A DNA stretch of 28,109 bases from Prasinococcaceae sp. CCMP 1430 (GCA_013416795.1 RQSC01000003.1:1-28109); one strand, 5' to 3'. Positions 8,747 to 20,545 are shown, numbered from the stretch's first letter. A program made the numbers and translations. Notes: generated from the letters alone by a model not told the origin.

Positions 8747-10216
8747 CTAGGCGCTCTCGGAGTCACTGTCAGAGCCGTACGCCCCCAGCAGGGTCAGTGC
8801 CTCGGCGCTCTTGGGAGACGGCCCCTGCGCTCCCGCTGCAGGGGCGACTGGCGCGCCGATTGGCCCAGCAGCCGGCGCGACAGGCGCGGCAGCCGGCGCG
8901 ACAGGCGCGGCAGCCGGTGCGACGGGCGCGACCGGCGGCGCTCCCTCCTCGACGCGTGTCACCTCGCAACACACGTCCTCGTACTCGTCTGGGTCAAAGC
9001 TCACCGCGCCCGCGGGCCGCTGCGGTCCTTCGACGCTGCCGAGCGCAGCTGCGAACTGCGCGGATGTGTCCGGGTACACGCCGTGCTCGGTCGCCAATCG
9101 TCGCATCTGTATGGCGCGCAGGGCTTCCGGGGGCATGTCCGCCGCCCGCTTTGAGCGCGCGGCTGCCACTGCCTCGCGCACGATGCCCTCCTCGCGGCGC
9201 TTGGACATCGGGTTGGGGTCTTCGTGCGCCCACTTGATGACAAGTGGATCGGCGTCAGCGGGCACCGCAGCACCCATCAGTCGGCGCCCAGACAGCGCTT
9301 CCAAGGCGAACTCGGCTGAGCAGCGCCAGTGGTAGCGCACGAAGAGGAGACACTGTTTGCATCGACGCGAGCGACAGCAGCGTCAGGTGATGCACACGCG
9401 CGCGCGCGGATCAGGTGGCGGCGTTCGCTACTCCTATTCTCTAGAGCGCGCGCTCGAGCGAGCGAGCGCACCTTGGTGGGCACTACATGGATTCCAGCGA
9501 CGGGCCCGAACTCCTTGAAGTTGTCCAGAGCGATGGCCTTGACCGCCTCCGCGGGCGTGGGTCGAGCCGTCCTGCCGCCCGCCTGGTGCGCGCGCGCGCG
9601 GCGCGTTAGAGCGCTGCTTGCCAAGGGGTACTGGCGCCGCCGACCGCGAGCGCAGGCCGAACACAGGCAGCGCGCTGTGCGCATCGTCGCGCACCTTGAA
9701 GGTGCCCTCGTAGTTGACATAGAGCGACCTGTTCGGGAAGAGGACGCACCCCACGCCACCCATGTCATGCCTCTGCGTCGCGTGGCGATTGCGGCCGAAG
9801 CAGTCGACGCCATTGCCCAGCCGCCTCTCATCGGCGCCGAGCGGAAGGCGGTGCAGGAACGAACAGCGCGCCCCTGCGGAGCAGCAGCCGCCGGCGAAGT
9901 ACGTGCAGATGGAGGCTGTCGCACTCCCCTCGGAGGCAAGGGTGTCGCCTGAGTCGACGGCCACATCGACGCGCGTGTCGACCGCGATACGCGGCGCGTT
10001 CCGGCCGCGGCGCGCGTGGTCACCGATGCGTCCGCCATGCCACAGGTTGATCTCCGCATCGCGGTTGGCCGAGCGCATTGGGCCGCTCGCGCGTTGCTGG
10101 CGCGCCGGCCGGCCGCGGTACGGCGCGACGCTCGCCGCCTCGAACGCGCGCGCGACCTCGGCCGGCGCATCGCCGGCAAGCACGCGCGCGTCCCACGGCG
10201 GGACGACCAGCGCCAT
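8747..10216 (-). CDS. CWC2: Pre-mRNA splicing factor Cwc2-like (Torus, CCCH, RRM); exons 10216-9695, 9582-9472, 9352-8747
   Basis: RPARQQ, EINLW, DSGDT, CTYFAGGCCSAGARCSFLHRLP, DCFGR, DMGGVG, NRSLYV, AEFALEAL, IKWAHEDPNP. Two phase-0 GTGCGC..AG introns. Confidence 0.92.
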
Positions 10217-10799
10217 CGCGCAGAGCGCGCCCGCGCCACGAAGGGCGGGCGCGCCACTGGCGCAGTGTGGCACACCCGAGGGGTGCGCGCGCGCGACAAC
10301 CCATGCCAGCAATGGAAAATGGGTGCATTTCGACGTGGGGCTTGCGCGCGTGCACCCGCTCGTCCGGTGACACCACATCTGGTGCCTCGTCCTGCCGCCG
10401 CCCCGTCGTGCGCTCGAAAGCGGCGACGCGGCATGCACGCGTCGCTCTAGCTCGCTCGGGTGGGGGCACGTCGCGCTGCGACCTCGCAGTGGTGGTGCGA
10501 GTAGACCACAACAACGTGTTGCGTTGGTGCTACGATATGCGTGCCCGCCGCCGTTCGCTGCTAGTCGCGAGTAGTACTACCAGCTGCTAGCTACGAGATC
10601 TCAAAAATATAGTGAGTTGGGCGTCCGTTCAGATGTGGAGGATGTCCAGAGGATGTGTCACGGGTCCTTCCAAGCGCGAGGCTCTTCGTCCGTCGTGGAC
10701 TGGAGCCTTGGACGGTTGCCGACGGGGCGTTGCTGTGTACACGTCGCCCCGTCCGTCCTACTCGCCTGCATCACCTCTGTCTGCCAAAGAGCCGCGCTA

Positions 10800-12405
10800 T
10801 CAGATCACGTAGGGCACGAAGACGTACGGGACCCTCCTCTTGTACTCCTCGAAGGCGTGGCCGTACTTCTTTTGCAAGCGCGCGTCGTCGCGCGCGAGGC
10901 GGTGCAAGATCATGGTCGTAAAAAAGACCGAGTAGAAGTACGGCAAGACGTCGCCAAAGCCACATGCGAGGCCCCAGACGAGCGCCATGACGATGTCGCA
11001 CGTGTAGTGCACCTTCCGTGCATATGCGTACCAGCCGCTGACGAGAAGCTGAGAGCTTGCATTGCCGGTCGCAACGATGACCATGGGATCCTGCAGCGTG
11101 CCCCACGGAAGCTGTGGGAACGCCCACTCTCGGGGGGCGTACGTGCCGCGGAGCTGGGCTTTGAAGCGGTTCTTCTGGCTGTTGCAGGTGTCCCACACGT
11201 AGTACGTGACCAAGAGCACCGCGGTCAGGACTGCGGTGTAGGCATGGCTGTGCTCTTGCTTGCCCAGCTTAGTCAGGATATAGTATGGCTGGTACGAGTA
11301 CACCAGAGGGACGCCAGCGGCGTTCCAGAAGATGAGCATCCAACCCCATTTCTCGTAGAAGACATCCCATGTAGTGGTGACGCACTCCTCACCCTTGACG
11401 CAGGCGTTGGTGTACAAGAAGTGCGCGCAGAGCAGGATCGCCATTGGCCCCGAGATGTTCCCATGCACTTCCGCCTGCTTGACGGCGGCTGACAGAGTGA
11501 GCAGGAAGAGGCCGATCCAAGCCACCCTTATCTCGAACTGCGCGATGTCCAGCGCGGTGTCAGTCAGGGACGTCGGACGGCCGCGCGCGCTCACGACTCG
11601 AGCACCCTTGGCAGACGCGCTAGTGCTGGCGCGCGGGCGCGCGCCTTGAAGATCGCACCATCATTTTGAGGTCAACGCCCAGAATCCTCGGGTTCAGCCA
11701 GGCGCCCATGAAGTAATCGTAGGCCGGGTTGTGGCTCATGCGATGCGTCGCCTTAGCGCCAAAGGCCCCGAGATACACAGCAAGAGACAGGGCGTCTCCG
11801 AAGAGCACCGCGATGGTGGTCAAAGGGCCCAGTTGGTCTGCCACGGTGGCCAGCGAGAAGACGTCGTAGTAGTGAGCGATCGCAAGCGCGGCCAGCGTCA
11901 CCCACCACGTGGACAACGAATTGCAATTGTAGGTGAGGACTCGAAAGCCCTCCGAAGGCACCGGCAGTCCGCTGGACTTCACACCTGGCATGAGGCTGGT
12001 CGCCGAAACAAACATCCAGCCCATGAAGCCGAAGAATATGCATGCCGCCGTGGTGTTGGGCGCGCAATCGCGCGCCAACCTCCTCACCAGGGCGCGCGCC
12101 CATGCAGCGGCGCTCTCCCCGGGCCCGGGAGCTGGCAGCCCGCCATCGTAGTACGCGTTTGAGGCGTAGAGGAAATACACGATGACGTGAGACACGACCA
12201 TGATAAATGTCGCTCCCCACGCTCCTCCGAACTCTTTGACGACCTCGGCGTCAAGCTCGATCGCGCGCTTGCGCGACCTGGTGGCCGCGCCCTTGGCATG
12301 CCCCGCCGGTTTCGACGGCAGCACCGCCGGCGGGCTCGCGTACTTGGACCGCCGCGTGTCGCCCGAGCGGGTATGGATCATGCTGCCGCGCGTCGACACC
12401 GTCAT
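10800..12405 (-). CDS. ERG4: Sterol reductase, ERG4/ERG24 family, most like delta24(24(1))-sterol reductase; exons 12405-11659, 11537-10800
   Basis: EFGG, YNCN, YDYFMGAWLNPR, DLKMM|FEIRVAW, NACVKGEEC..TTWD..YEKWGWML, LLVSGW...ARKVHY, HR..RDD....KYG. The intron junction restores the conserved motif. Confidence 0.9.
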
Positions 12406-12812
12406 CGCGCCGCCACACGCGCACTCGTCGCGACACCAACCGCGCCAAGGAGCACCGATCAGTCCTCCGTCCGCCGCGCTGGGCTACGCCCTGCCCGGGC
12501 GCCTGCACGCAGCACTTACGTACTGCCGCGCCACGGCGCTGTCGCCGCTCCCTCCGCCGCGCGCCGCACCGCGAGTCCGCGACACGCCGCACGCGCACGC
12601 TGTGCCCCCGCCTCCTTCCCCCCTCCTCTTGCCGCCTGCCGCACTGCCCCCGTCGCTGCCCTCGTTGCCGCACGCCTGTGCCCCGACCCCAGCTGCCACA
12701 GGCAGCGGGGCGCCTGCGCTCCCCCCGTGGTTCGAAAGGCGCGCGGCGCGCCACGCGCGCCGGGACTGCTTCAACACCCGCGTGCGCGCGCGCGCTTCGC
12801 ACAGTGCGCACG

Positions 12813-12840
12813 TTAGGGTCAGGGTTTGAGGCAGGGTTAG
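12813..12840. promoter_or_regulatory. Degenerate telo-box/telomere-like motifs in the divergent ERG4-NAXD promoter region
   Basis: TTAGGGTCAGGGTTTGAGGCAGGGTTAG between two divergent genes. Confidence 0.4.
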
Positions 12841-13053
12841 ATCGAGGCCATGATTCAGGCCATGCGAGACACACGATTGCTGCAGCAGGCACAGTGAGCG
12901 CGCGGAGCGCCTCCCCCCCCCCCCACACACACACACACACACCGACCCACCCACGTACCTCTGCGTGCGCGCGCGCGGCTCTCCGCCCGTCCGCCTGCCA
13001 GCACGCCCGCCCGTCCGCGCTCCCAGCTTGTTCGCGACCCCCGCCGGGTGCCG

Positions 13054-14246
13054 ATGGCGATTGCGGGCGCGGCGGCGGCGGCGCTGCGCGCCGCGCGGCT
13101 GCTGGTGCCGCCGCTAGGCACACCCGGCCAGTACAAGGGCGCAGCCGGCGGCAAGGTGGGGGTCGTCGGTGGGTGCGCAGAGTACACCGGCGCGCCCTAC
13201 TTCGCAGGCATGTCGGCCCTGCGCGCAGGGGCCGACCTCGCGCACGTGTTCTGCGCAGAGGAGGCCGCTGCAGCGATCAAGGCGTACAGCCCCGAGCTCA
13301 TTGTGCACCCGGCGCTAGCGACCCGGTTTGACGGCAAGGCTTCCAGCGCGGGCGCGGTTCGCGAGAGCGTGCCTGTCCGGACGCGCGAGGCACTCGACGC
13401 GTGGGTGCCGCGCATGGACTGCCTCGTCATTGGGCCAGGCCTTGGGCGTGACCCGGCCATGCTGGCAGGCGCGCGTCACGCGCTACTTGCCGCGCGCAGC
13501 AGTGGCGTGCCCGTCGTTGTCGATGCCGATGCACTCGTGCTCGTCGCCAGCGAGCCCGCGCTGCTGCAGGCGGGTGGCGTCGCAGGCAGTGGAGGCCCAC
13601 CGGTGGTGCTCACCCCCAACGCGAACGAGCTCGGTAGGCTGGTGTCTGCGCTGGCGCCGGCAAGTGACGCGGCGAGACGAGCTGCTGAGACTGGCGCCAA
13701 GCCAGCACCTCGCGACGGCGCGCAGGCTGTCGCTGCGGTGCTAGCCGGGCCTGTCGTTCTTGCAAAGGGCGCCGAGGTGCGCGGGCCCAGCAGACGCTGC
13801 GTAGGGCGCGTGTGCGCGAGTGTGCGCGAGTGACCGTCGCCCACAGCGCTGACACAGCTCGCCCGTCGCTGCTCCTGCGCGCGCCGTAGGACGTCGCCAT
13901 GATGCTCGGGAGCGGTGGCGCCGGCGCAGAGTCGCGCTTCGTTGCGTGCGACGAGCCGGGAGCGCCGCGGCGATGCGGCGGGCAAGGCGACGTGCTGGCG
14001 GGCACGCTCGCCACATTTCTCGCCTGGGCGCACAGGGGGCAGGGGGGGGCCTCCGGCCCAGGCGATGACCACGAGTCCGACGTGGACGTGGTCGCGCTGC
14101 CCCCGCAATTGGCTGCCGCGTATGGCGCGTGCCTGATAACGCGGCGCGCGGCGCGTGCCGCGTTTGCCAAGCGGAAGCGGTCAATGATCGCCGGTGACCT
14201 CATCGAGGAGCTGGGCGGCGTTGTTGACGCTTTCGCCCCGTGCTGA
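13054..14246 (+). CDS. NAXD: ATP-dependent (S)-NAD(P)H-hydrate dehydratase (YjeF C-terminal); exons 13054-13776, 13890-14246
   Basis: KG..GKVGVVGGCAEYTGAPYFA, IKAYSPELIVHP, VIGPGLGRD, VVVDADAL, LTPNANE, KGAE|D, RRCGGQGDVLAG. A further upstream exon (donor 12894, acceptor 13026) is possible. Confidence 0.95.
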
Positions 14247-14432
14247 GATATCACACCGTCAGACTGTGCCGTGCCTCCCGACCAATCAGATGCGCGCCGG
14301 CCGCGCGCGCGTGCGCGAGGTCACGCGCGAGGATACACAATGATGATACTGTACAGATCAGAACGACCGCGTCGCCATCTCGTCCGTGCGCGGGGTGAGC
14401 GACCCACAGCCGCCGGCCACGCGGCCGCCTCT

Positions 14433-17400
14433 TCACTTGGCAGACTTTTTCTTGGCCGTCTTCTCCCGCGGCGCGTCAATGAGGCCCACAGCCTGCGCGG
14501 TCGCGTTACTGGCGTCCTTGATGAGCTGCGAAAGCGACGCGTCGTGCTTCTCCGCGATCTCGGTAAATGTCTTGGATTTGTCGCCCTTGCTCATGACTGC
14601 CCCCGTTCGCGGGCCCTTGTATATCCTCAACAGGTCGTCCTCCACCCACATTGGCATGCTGAGCGTGTCGTTGAAGGCGGGAATGGCGAATTCCTGCGCG
14701 CGCTGCGCGTCTCCCAAGCGGCACACGACCGCTGACTCGGCCCAGTGGAGCTGCTTTTCGCGGAGCGCCGTCCGCACCACGTGCGCCATTTCGATGGGCC
14801 CGCGCGCCCGCTGCAACTTGGCGAGCACGTCGATCGGCACGCTGCCGTGAAAGAGCGGAAGGATGTAGTGCGCAGAAGCGACGAATTCATCGCCCTCGTG
14901 CTCAGTGTCTGGGTCGCAAAACACGTTCACGAAGCTCCAGCCGTACGACACGACCTTGCGCTTGTTCTCGGTGAGCGGATGGTCAATGCGCCGCACGTCG
15001 ACGACGTACACGAGGCTGGGGTCAACCCCTACGCCCGGGTGATACACCACGCCATCGAGGAAGCGCGGATTGAAAGCAGTGCTCTGTTGCTCGAGCTTCC
15101 TCGCCAGGTTGACCGTCTCGAGCAGCCGCATGTCCGCGCTCGAGGTCTGGGCAATGTCCTCGCTGTAGAGCCCGCCGGGCGGTGACAGGGAGTGCACCAC
15201 GCACGTGGCGTGGCCCGCGGAGGCGATGAAGTCCTTGAGCCCGCCAAAGATGCCCCTGCTGCGCTTCTCCTCGTCGACCAACCCCCCAGTGACATTCAGC
15301 ACGCCGTCGACGCTGACGATGATCCCCAGCTGGTGCACGTACCCGCTGGCGAGGCGATAGTCAAGCATGGGCATCTGGCGGCGGCGCGGCGAATTGTAGG
15401 CGTTTGCCCGCTCGTCGGTCTTGAGCACCACCTTCGCAAACTCGGCGAGCGCCTCGTCCGAGGCGACGTCGACCTCGCCGCTGGCGACGAGTCCGTACGC
15501 GCCCGCCAAGGCTGCCGTCTCCTCGCGGATGGCGGGCGCAGGCCACTCGAGGCGCCGGGCATACACGCGACGCTCCACCGGATCAGGGTACGACCCGGTG
15601 CTGGCGTACACGCCGTCCTCGTAGCGCGGCAGCAGCGAGGTACCCAGGGCGGAGTCCGCAGCGCGCGACACGATGCGGAAGAGAGCGGTCGCGCACGGCA
15701 CACGCGGGAAGGCGCGCACCTCCGCCGCGCTGAATCCCTGGACTCTCAGTGGCAGTGACGTGTGGAGCGGGAGCTGGAAGGCACCCTCGTTGAGCACGTA
15801 CGCGCGCGCCCCTTCCGGCGGCGGCGCGCGCGCCTCGAAGTCTTCTGCGCTCTCGCGGCTGACGAAGAGGTTGATCGCGGCGTAGCCTATCACACATGGC
15901 GAGCTGTGCCGATCGGCAGGGTGCAGCACGCTTGGTCGCTCGATGGTCTCCATCTGAATGAGCAGCGAGGCCTGCGGCATGTCGTCAGGCCACTCAGACG
16001 TCTGCACGACTACCCGCATACCCAGCTCCGGATGCAGCGCGCTCGAGCCCATGCGCGCGACGCTCCTCGAGAGCGGCGTCAGGCGGTCGAAGGACGTGCT
16101 CATCACGCATGCCGTGACCTGCACCACCGTGGCGTTCCGGGGCGCGAATCGCAAGCCGTCCACGTAGATCACGAAGCTCTCTCCGAGCTGGAAGGGGCGG
16201 TTCTGAGGGGAGGGCTGACCGACGTGCATCCACGCGGCGCGCGGCACTCCAGGCACGTCCTCTGCGCTCTCCTCGGGCAGCTCATCGTCGTGGCCAAGAG
16301 CGGCCCCGTCGCCACCTTCGCCATCGGCGTCGTCGCTCTCGTCGTCCGAGTCCTCAACCGGCGACACGTCCACGGCGAAGTCGAGCTTGGCGCCGTCGAA
16401 GGGCAGTCGTGCGCCCAGCGCGCCGTCAAGCAGCAGGGGTAGGCGATGGACGTCGAGCGTGTGCGAGCCGTGCAGCGCCCTGCCGGACTTGCCATCTATC
16501 AACGGAACGGATGCCCAGCCGACCGTCTCCTCACGAACGGCCCCTCCTCCCACGCTCGCCGCGCGCCGCTGCCTCTGCCAGACGATCTCGAACACGAGGG
16601 TCGTCGCGTCGCTGACCTCCACCGAATTCATTTCAATCACCTCGTCGAAGTCGTACTCGTGCATGCCGGGCACGGACGCCATCTCGCCGCTCGCCGCGCG
16701 GGTCATTCGCCGCGCATCCTCGTCTTCGTCCGGCACGATGCCCCTGTACAACGACGCCACCACGCGCGTCCCGCCGGCGAGCGAGATGGGCCCCAGCGTC
16801 TTCACGCGAATAGCAACATCGAACAGGTCGGGCTCGTAGGAGCCATCCGAGGTGCCGTCGTCCTCGTCCAGTGGCGCGAGCGTCGGGAAGCCCTGCGGCG
16901 TCCCTTTCGGGGAGCTCTTCCTCGAGTTTTCTCGCGAGGCGCGGCGCGAGTGCTCCTGTGCGGATCGCGGCGTGGCAAAGTCGGGCTCTTGATGTGCGTC
17001 GCTGCGCCGACCTGCCGAGCCGTACCCTTGCTGCTCTGGGCGGCCATGCCCGCTGCGCACGGACGCGTTGTCGGTGCGAGGCGTTGGATCGACCCCCAGC
17101 ACGCTCCCGCCGTGTACGCTCCCGGCAAGGCTGGCGCGCTCGGCTCGCGTCTTTTCGATTTCATTCTCGCGCCGCTCGCGCTCCAGCTGCTGCTTTAGGT
17201 GCGTCATTTCGCGCACGTGCTGCTCGTGCTGGCGCCGCATTGCGTCGTCCCCGGCGAGGGCCTCTGGCAGAGGGCTCACGCCAGTCGGCGGGCGCTCCTG
17301 CTGCTCGACTCTCCTCTGGGGGCGCTGCCCACGATGGGGGTGGGGTTGTTGCTGCTCGTGCTCCTGCTGCCGGGGTGGCGGCTGCTGGTTTGGCTGGCGG

Positions 17401-18437
17401 GGATACGCCCCAGGCGCCGCAGCGTCCGCGGGCGGAGCGCCAGGGTAGTGAGGCGGCGGCGGGGGATACTGCGCCATGTGAGGAGGATACGGGTATCCGT
17501 ACGGCATTGCGGGCTGCTGCGGATACCCATACGGGCCGATGTGGGGGTGGGGTGGGTAGCCATACGGAGGGTGCGGAAGGCCGTAGGGCGGAGCGTCGTG
17601 GAGATGGCCATACGGCGGTGCGCCAGCCTGCGGCTGCGCGCCAGCCAGCATCTCGGTGACCCTCGCGAGCTTCTCCTCCAGCGTGGCGATGGCGGCGTCC
17701 TTCTCCTGCTTCTTCGAATGGGCCGGCTGCTCGCCAGCCCGCGGCGCGCCCGCGGTGCCGGGCGTCGCGCCACGCGACGCGCCCATGGTGCGCGCCTCGC
17801 TCGCGCCAGTGGGCGGGCGCGACCGTTGCGCGTCGAACAACTCCACCGGGGCTCCGCCGTCGTAGCCCATCACTTTGTTTTGTCCCTTGCCTTGAGCCGC
17901 GTGCGCCGCGGACACTCCGGGAGCCACCGAGCCAGGCGCGCGGAAATTCGGCCGCGCGGGCTCCTGCTGCGCGGCGGCAGCCCTCGCCGCGGCGGCGACG
18001 GCTGCCTCGCGCCCCTTGACCTCCTTCTCTGCGACGTCGTCGGCCTCGCGCTCCGCGACCGACGGAAGCTTGCCTGCCTTGAGCGCTCGCAGAAGGACCT
18101 GATCGCGCGTGCGGGAGGCCACCGCGGCTGCGACCGCGTCGGCGATCCTCTTGTCCCGCACGGCGCTCTTCGGCTGCAGCGCCACGTTCGCCCGCGCCTG
18201 GTCCATGGCCGACAGCCTCTCGTGCAGCCTGCGCACGTCCGCATCGGCGGCGGCGGCCGCCGCCGCGCGCTGCTTGCGTCGCTCGGCAGCCTCGGCGTCG
18301 CGCGCCTCGGCCGCGGCGCCCTTCTCACGGCGCGCTCGCTCGCGCAGCATGTCGAGATCGGCCTGGGCCCTCTTGTGCGCCTCCTCTGCGACCTGGAGCG
18401 CCGAGCGCAGCTCTGGGGTCTGCGGTATGCCGCTCAT
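14433..18437 (-). CDS. Large uncharacterised protein (~1334 aa): coiled coils, Pro/Tyr-rich region, C2-like beta domains; tentatively CCDC17-related
   Basis: Long uninterrupted frame with ATG 18437 in GCCGCCATG context. Strand motifs LVFEI...VGWASVPL and YVVDV...YGWSFVNVF resemble B9/C2-type domains. Also IYVDGLRFAP, LNEGAFQLPL and RVPCATALFRI. Confidence 0.75.
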   Translation of the reverse strand: MSGIPQTPELRSALQVAEEAHKRAQADLDMLRERARREKGAAAEARDAEAAERRKQRAAAAAAADADVRRLHERLSAMDQARANVALQPKSAVRDKRIADAVAAAVASRTRDQVLLRALKAGKLPSVAEREADDVAEKEVKGREAAVAAAARAAAAQQEPARPNFRAPGSVAPGVSAAHAAQGKGQNKVMGYDGGAPVELFDAQRSRPPTGASEARTMGASRGATPGTAGAPRAGEQPAHSKKQEKDAAIATLEEKLARVTEMLAGAQPQAGAPPYGHLHDAPPYGLPHPPYGYPPHPHIGPYGYPQQPAMPYGYPYPPHMAQYPPPPPHYPGAPPADAAAPGAYPRQPNQQPPPRQQEHEQQQPHPHRGQRPQRRVEQQERPPTGVSPLPEALAGDDAMRRQHEQHVREMTHLKQQLERERRENEIEKTRAERASLAGSVHGGSVLGVDPTPRTDNASVRSGHGRPEQQGYGSAGRRSDAHQEPDFATPRSAQEHSRRASRENSRKSSPKGTPQGFPTLAPLDEDDGTSDGSYEPDLFDVAIRVKTLGPISLAGGTRVVASLYRGIVPDEDEDARRMTRAASGEMASVPGMHEYDFDEVIEMNSVEVSDATTLVFEIVWQRQRRAASVGGGAVREETVGWASVPLIDGKSGRALHGSHTLDVHRLPLLLDGALGARLPFDGAKLDFAVDVSPVEDSDDESDDADGEGGDGAALGHDDELPEESAEDVPGVPRAAWMHVGQPSPQNRPFQLGESFVIYVDGLRFAPRNATVVQVTACVMSTSFDRLTPLSRSVARMGSSALHPELGMRVVVQTSEWPDDMPQASLLIQMETIERPSVLHPADRHSSPCVIGYAAINLFVSRESAEDFEARAPPPEGARAYVLNEGAFQLPLHTSLPLRVQGFSAAEVRAFPRVPCATALFRIVSRAADSALGTSLLPRYEDGVYASTGSYPDPVERRVYARRLEWPAPAIREETAALAGAYGLVASGEVDVASDEALAEFAKVVLKTDERANAYNSPRRRQMPMLDYRLASGYVHQLGIIVSVDGVLNVTGGLVDEEKRSRGIFGGLKDFIASAGHATCVVHSLSPPGGLYSEDIAQTSSADMRLLETVNLARKLEQQSTAFNPRFLDGVVYHPGVGVDPSLVYVVDVRRIDHPLTENKRKVVSYGWSFVNVFCDPDTEHEGDEFVASAHYILPLFHGSVPIDVLAKLQRARGPIEMAHVVRTALREKQLHWAESAVVCRLGDAQRAQEFAIPAFNDTLSMPMWVEDDLLRIYKGPRTGAVMSKGDKSKTFTEIAEKHDASLSQLIKDASNATAQAVGLIDAPREKTAKKKSAK

Positions 18438-19309
18438 GGCGGCGGTTTGGCCCCGCGGGAGGGGGGGAGGGCCGGGGGGGGGAGCCACGCGCGTGCGATT
18501 GAGTGGATGCGTGGGCGGATGTGGCGCGCCACAGCGCGCGCACGCGTGGCGGTGCCACGCGCGTGCGATTGAGAGGGGGGGGGGGAAAGAGAGAGAGCGA
18601 GCGCTTGTGTGTTGGGGCTGGCGGCGACGTCGGCGGCCGAGGCGGCGGCGGCGGCGCGCTCCGGGGGGCTGCCGCATCCGCAGCTCCCTCTGGCGCCCCG
18701 TGCGCGAGGCACATGTGGGCGTAAGTGGTCGTGGGGGGTTGGGGGGGTTGGGGGGGAAGGGGCGCCGCCGGGCCGCTCGCGGCCGTCTGCCTGTCCCCGC
18801 GGCTCGGATGGACGGACGGAGGTCCCCCCGGGGAACGCGTGGTGCCGGCGCCAATCGGGCCGAGCGCGGTGCGCCCGAATCGTACCGGACAAAAACACGC
18901 GCATGCGTTCTGATTGAATTCTCACGAGGTCAGACTCGCCCGTGGGTAAAAACCCTCCGGCCGCGGGGGACCTATTCCGGACGCACCCCCCAACAAACAG
19001 CCGTTGGCAGCAGGCACGCACGCAGCGCGCGGGAGTTGAGGTTTTGGGGTTCTATTTGAGGTAGGGTCCTTACATGCGGCGCCTCGCGTGCGTTTTGACC
19101 ACGGCGGCGCGCGCGGTCGTGGGTGTTGTTGACCCGTTCGCGCGCGCGGGATGGGGCGCGGCACCCTTCGAACGGGCGCCATCAGAACGCATTCGGGGCG
19201 TCGCCCGCTCGCCGCGCGCGCGCTGTGTGTGCGCGGGGAGGGAGGGGGGCGGGGCACGCGGCGTGAAGTGACGCCGGCGCGCTGCACGCCCGCGACACGG
19301 CCGCGGCAG

Positions 19310-20211
19310 CGTATGAGGCGGCTCTCGGCGAGGGCACGGCGTCCCTGCGCCAGCTCGCCGCTGCGCAGACGGCCGCCGCCAGAGCGAGCGCGAGGCCCGC
19401 ACCTTTCATCAAGCCGCCGGCCGACCCCAATACGCTCCCGCCGGATGCGGCCGCGCTGGCGCGCCGCGCTGCTGGCATCTCACAGCTCGCCGTCGTGCAG
19501 GCGGCTGCCGAGGCGGCCGCGAGCTGGGAGGCTGCAAGCGCCGCCGAGGCCGCGCCGAAGAAGCCCGCGAAGAAACCGAAGCGCACGAAAGGCGTCGCGC
19601 ACCCCTCGCCCGCACCGCGTCACATGACTCTCGCGGACTTGGAAAGCAGCGGGGAGAATGGGCTGGTGTCTTTTGCCGTGGAGAAAGGGGTGCAGCGCGC
19701 GCTGGAGCTCTTGGCGGCTGGTGGGGTTGAAGGTGACGAATATATTCGGGCGCACACTCTCTCGCCACCCGAGGCGCGGGTGGCGCCCCCGGCCGCCGCG
19801 GTCAAGGCCGCGCGCGCGGCCGCGTCCGCTGCGGCGGTCGCTGCGGAGCGCGCGGACGCGTCGTGGGGCGACAGCGTGCTCGCAGCGGCGCTGGGCACCG
19901 CGCGCGACGAGCTCGTGCAGATCAAGGGCAAGGCGAAGGATGACGTTCTCGGTGGAAAGGAGACAGATGAGGCGATGGATGGGGGCGGGAAAGACGCGCG
20001 TGTCGCAGCGGGCGTCGCTGCGTCCGCGGCAGGCGCGCGCGTCGCCGCGGGCGAAGCAGCGGCGGTGCCGTCGGCCGATGCGGTCGTCGTCAGCGAGGGG
20101 GCGATGAGGACGGCTTGGGAGGCAGCTCGGGGGTTTTCGAGGGATGAGGAGGAGGTGGTAGGAAGAGAAGGGGGCACGGCGGCGGCGGGCAAGGTGGTTG
20201 GGGGGGGGTGA
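19310..20211 (+). CDS. Hypothetical Ala-rich protein, probable terminal exon; first exon unresolved
   Basis: Frame open from a candidate acceptor CAG at 19307-19309 to TGA 20211. Protein-like composition with a basic KKPAKKPKRTK patch; no domain recognised. Confidence 0.45.
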
Positions 20212-20223
20212 TGAGCCTCTGAC

Positions 20224-20263
20224 GAGCCGAGAACCGGCGAGAGCCGAACCGGCGAGAGCCGAA
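20224..20263. repeat. Short tandem repeat, ~15-bp unit GAGCCGAACCGGCGA, ~2.5 copies
   Basis: Read directly from the sequence. Confidence 0.8.
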
Positions 20264-20269
20264 CATGCG

Positions 20270-20410
20270 GCCTGATCGGTTACATGGCGCGTGCCGTCGC
20301 TCGAGGAGATGGCGTCGCCTGATCGGTTACGTGGCGCGCTCCGCCGCTCGAGCCAATGGCGATGCCTGATCGGTTACATGGCGCGCTCCGCCGCTCGAGC
20401 CAATGGCGTC
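20270..20410. repeat. 47-bp tandem repeat, 3 copies
   Basis: Units start at 20270, 20317 and 20364 with GCCTGATCGGTTAC[A/G]TGGCGCG. Confidence 0.92.
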
Positions 20411-20545
20411 GTCTCCGAGCGCGCTCCGCCGTGTCCCGCTTCTTTTGGTGTGAGAGCATTGCGACCTTCTGCTGTGCCGTCATCCTTTGGAGTCGCGCTT
20501 CCTCTGCTCGCCAGATGCGCTCGACGCCGCGCTCAACGGCGTCGG

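Noticed and set aside
8850-8940. 21-bp repeats
   Set aside because: They encode the APAAAPV linker inside Cwc2 and are not a separate element.
18438-18854. N-terminal extension of the 1473-aa ORF (and similar extensions of Hsp110, the transporter and Cwc2)
   Set aside because: Low-complexity promoter/UTR sequence that happens to lack stops; the protein-like region begins at the internal ATG.
20270-20410. CRISPR-like array
   Set aside because: Repeats are head-to-tail with no unique spacers, no cas genes are present and the context is eukaryotic.
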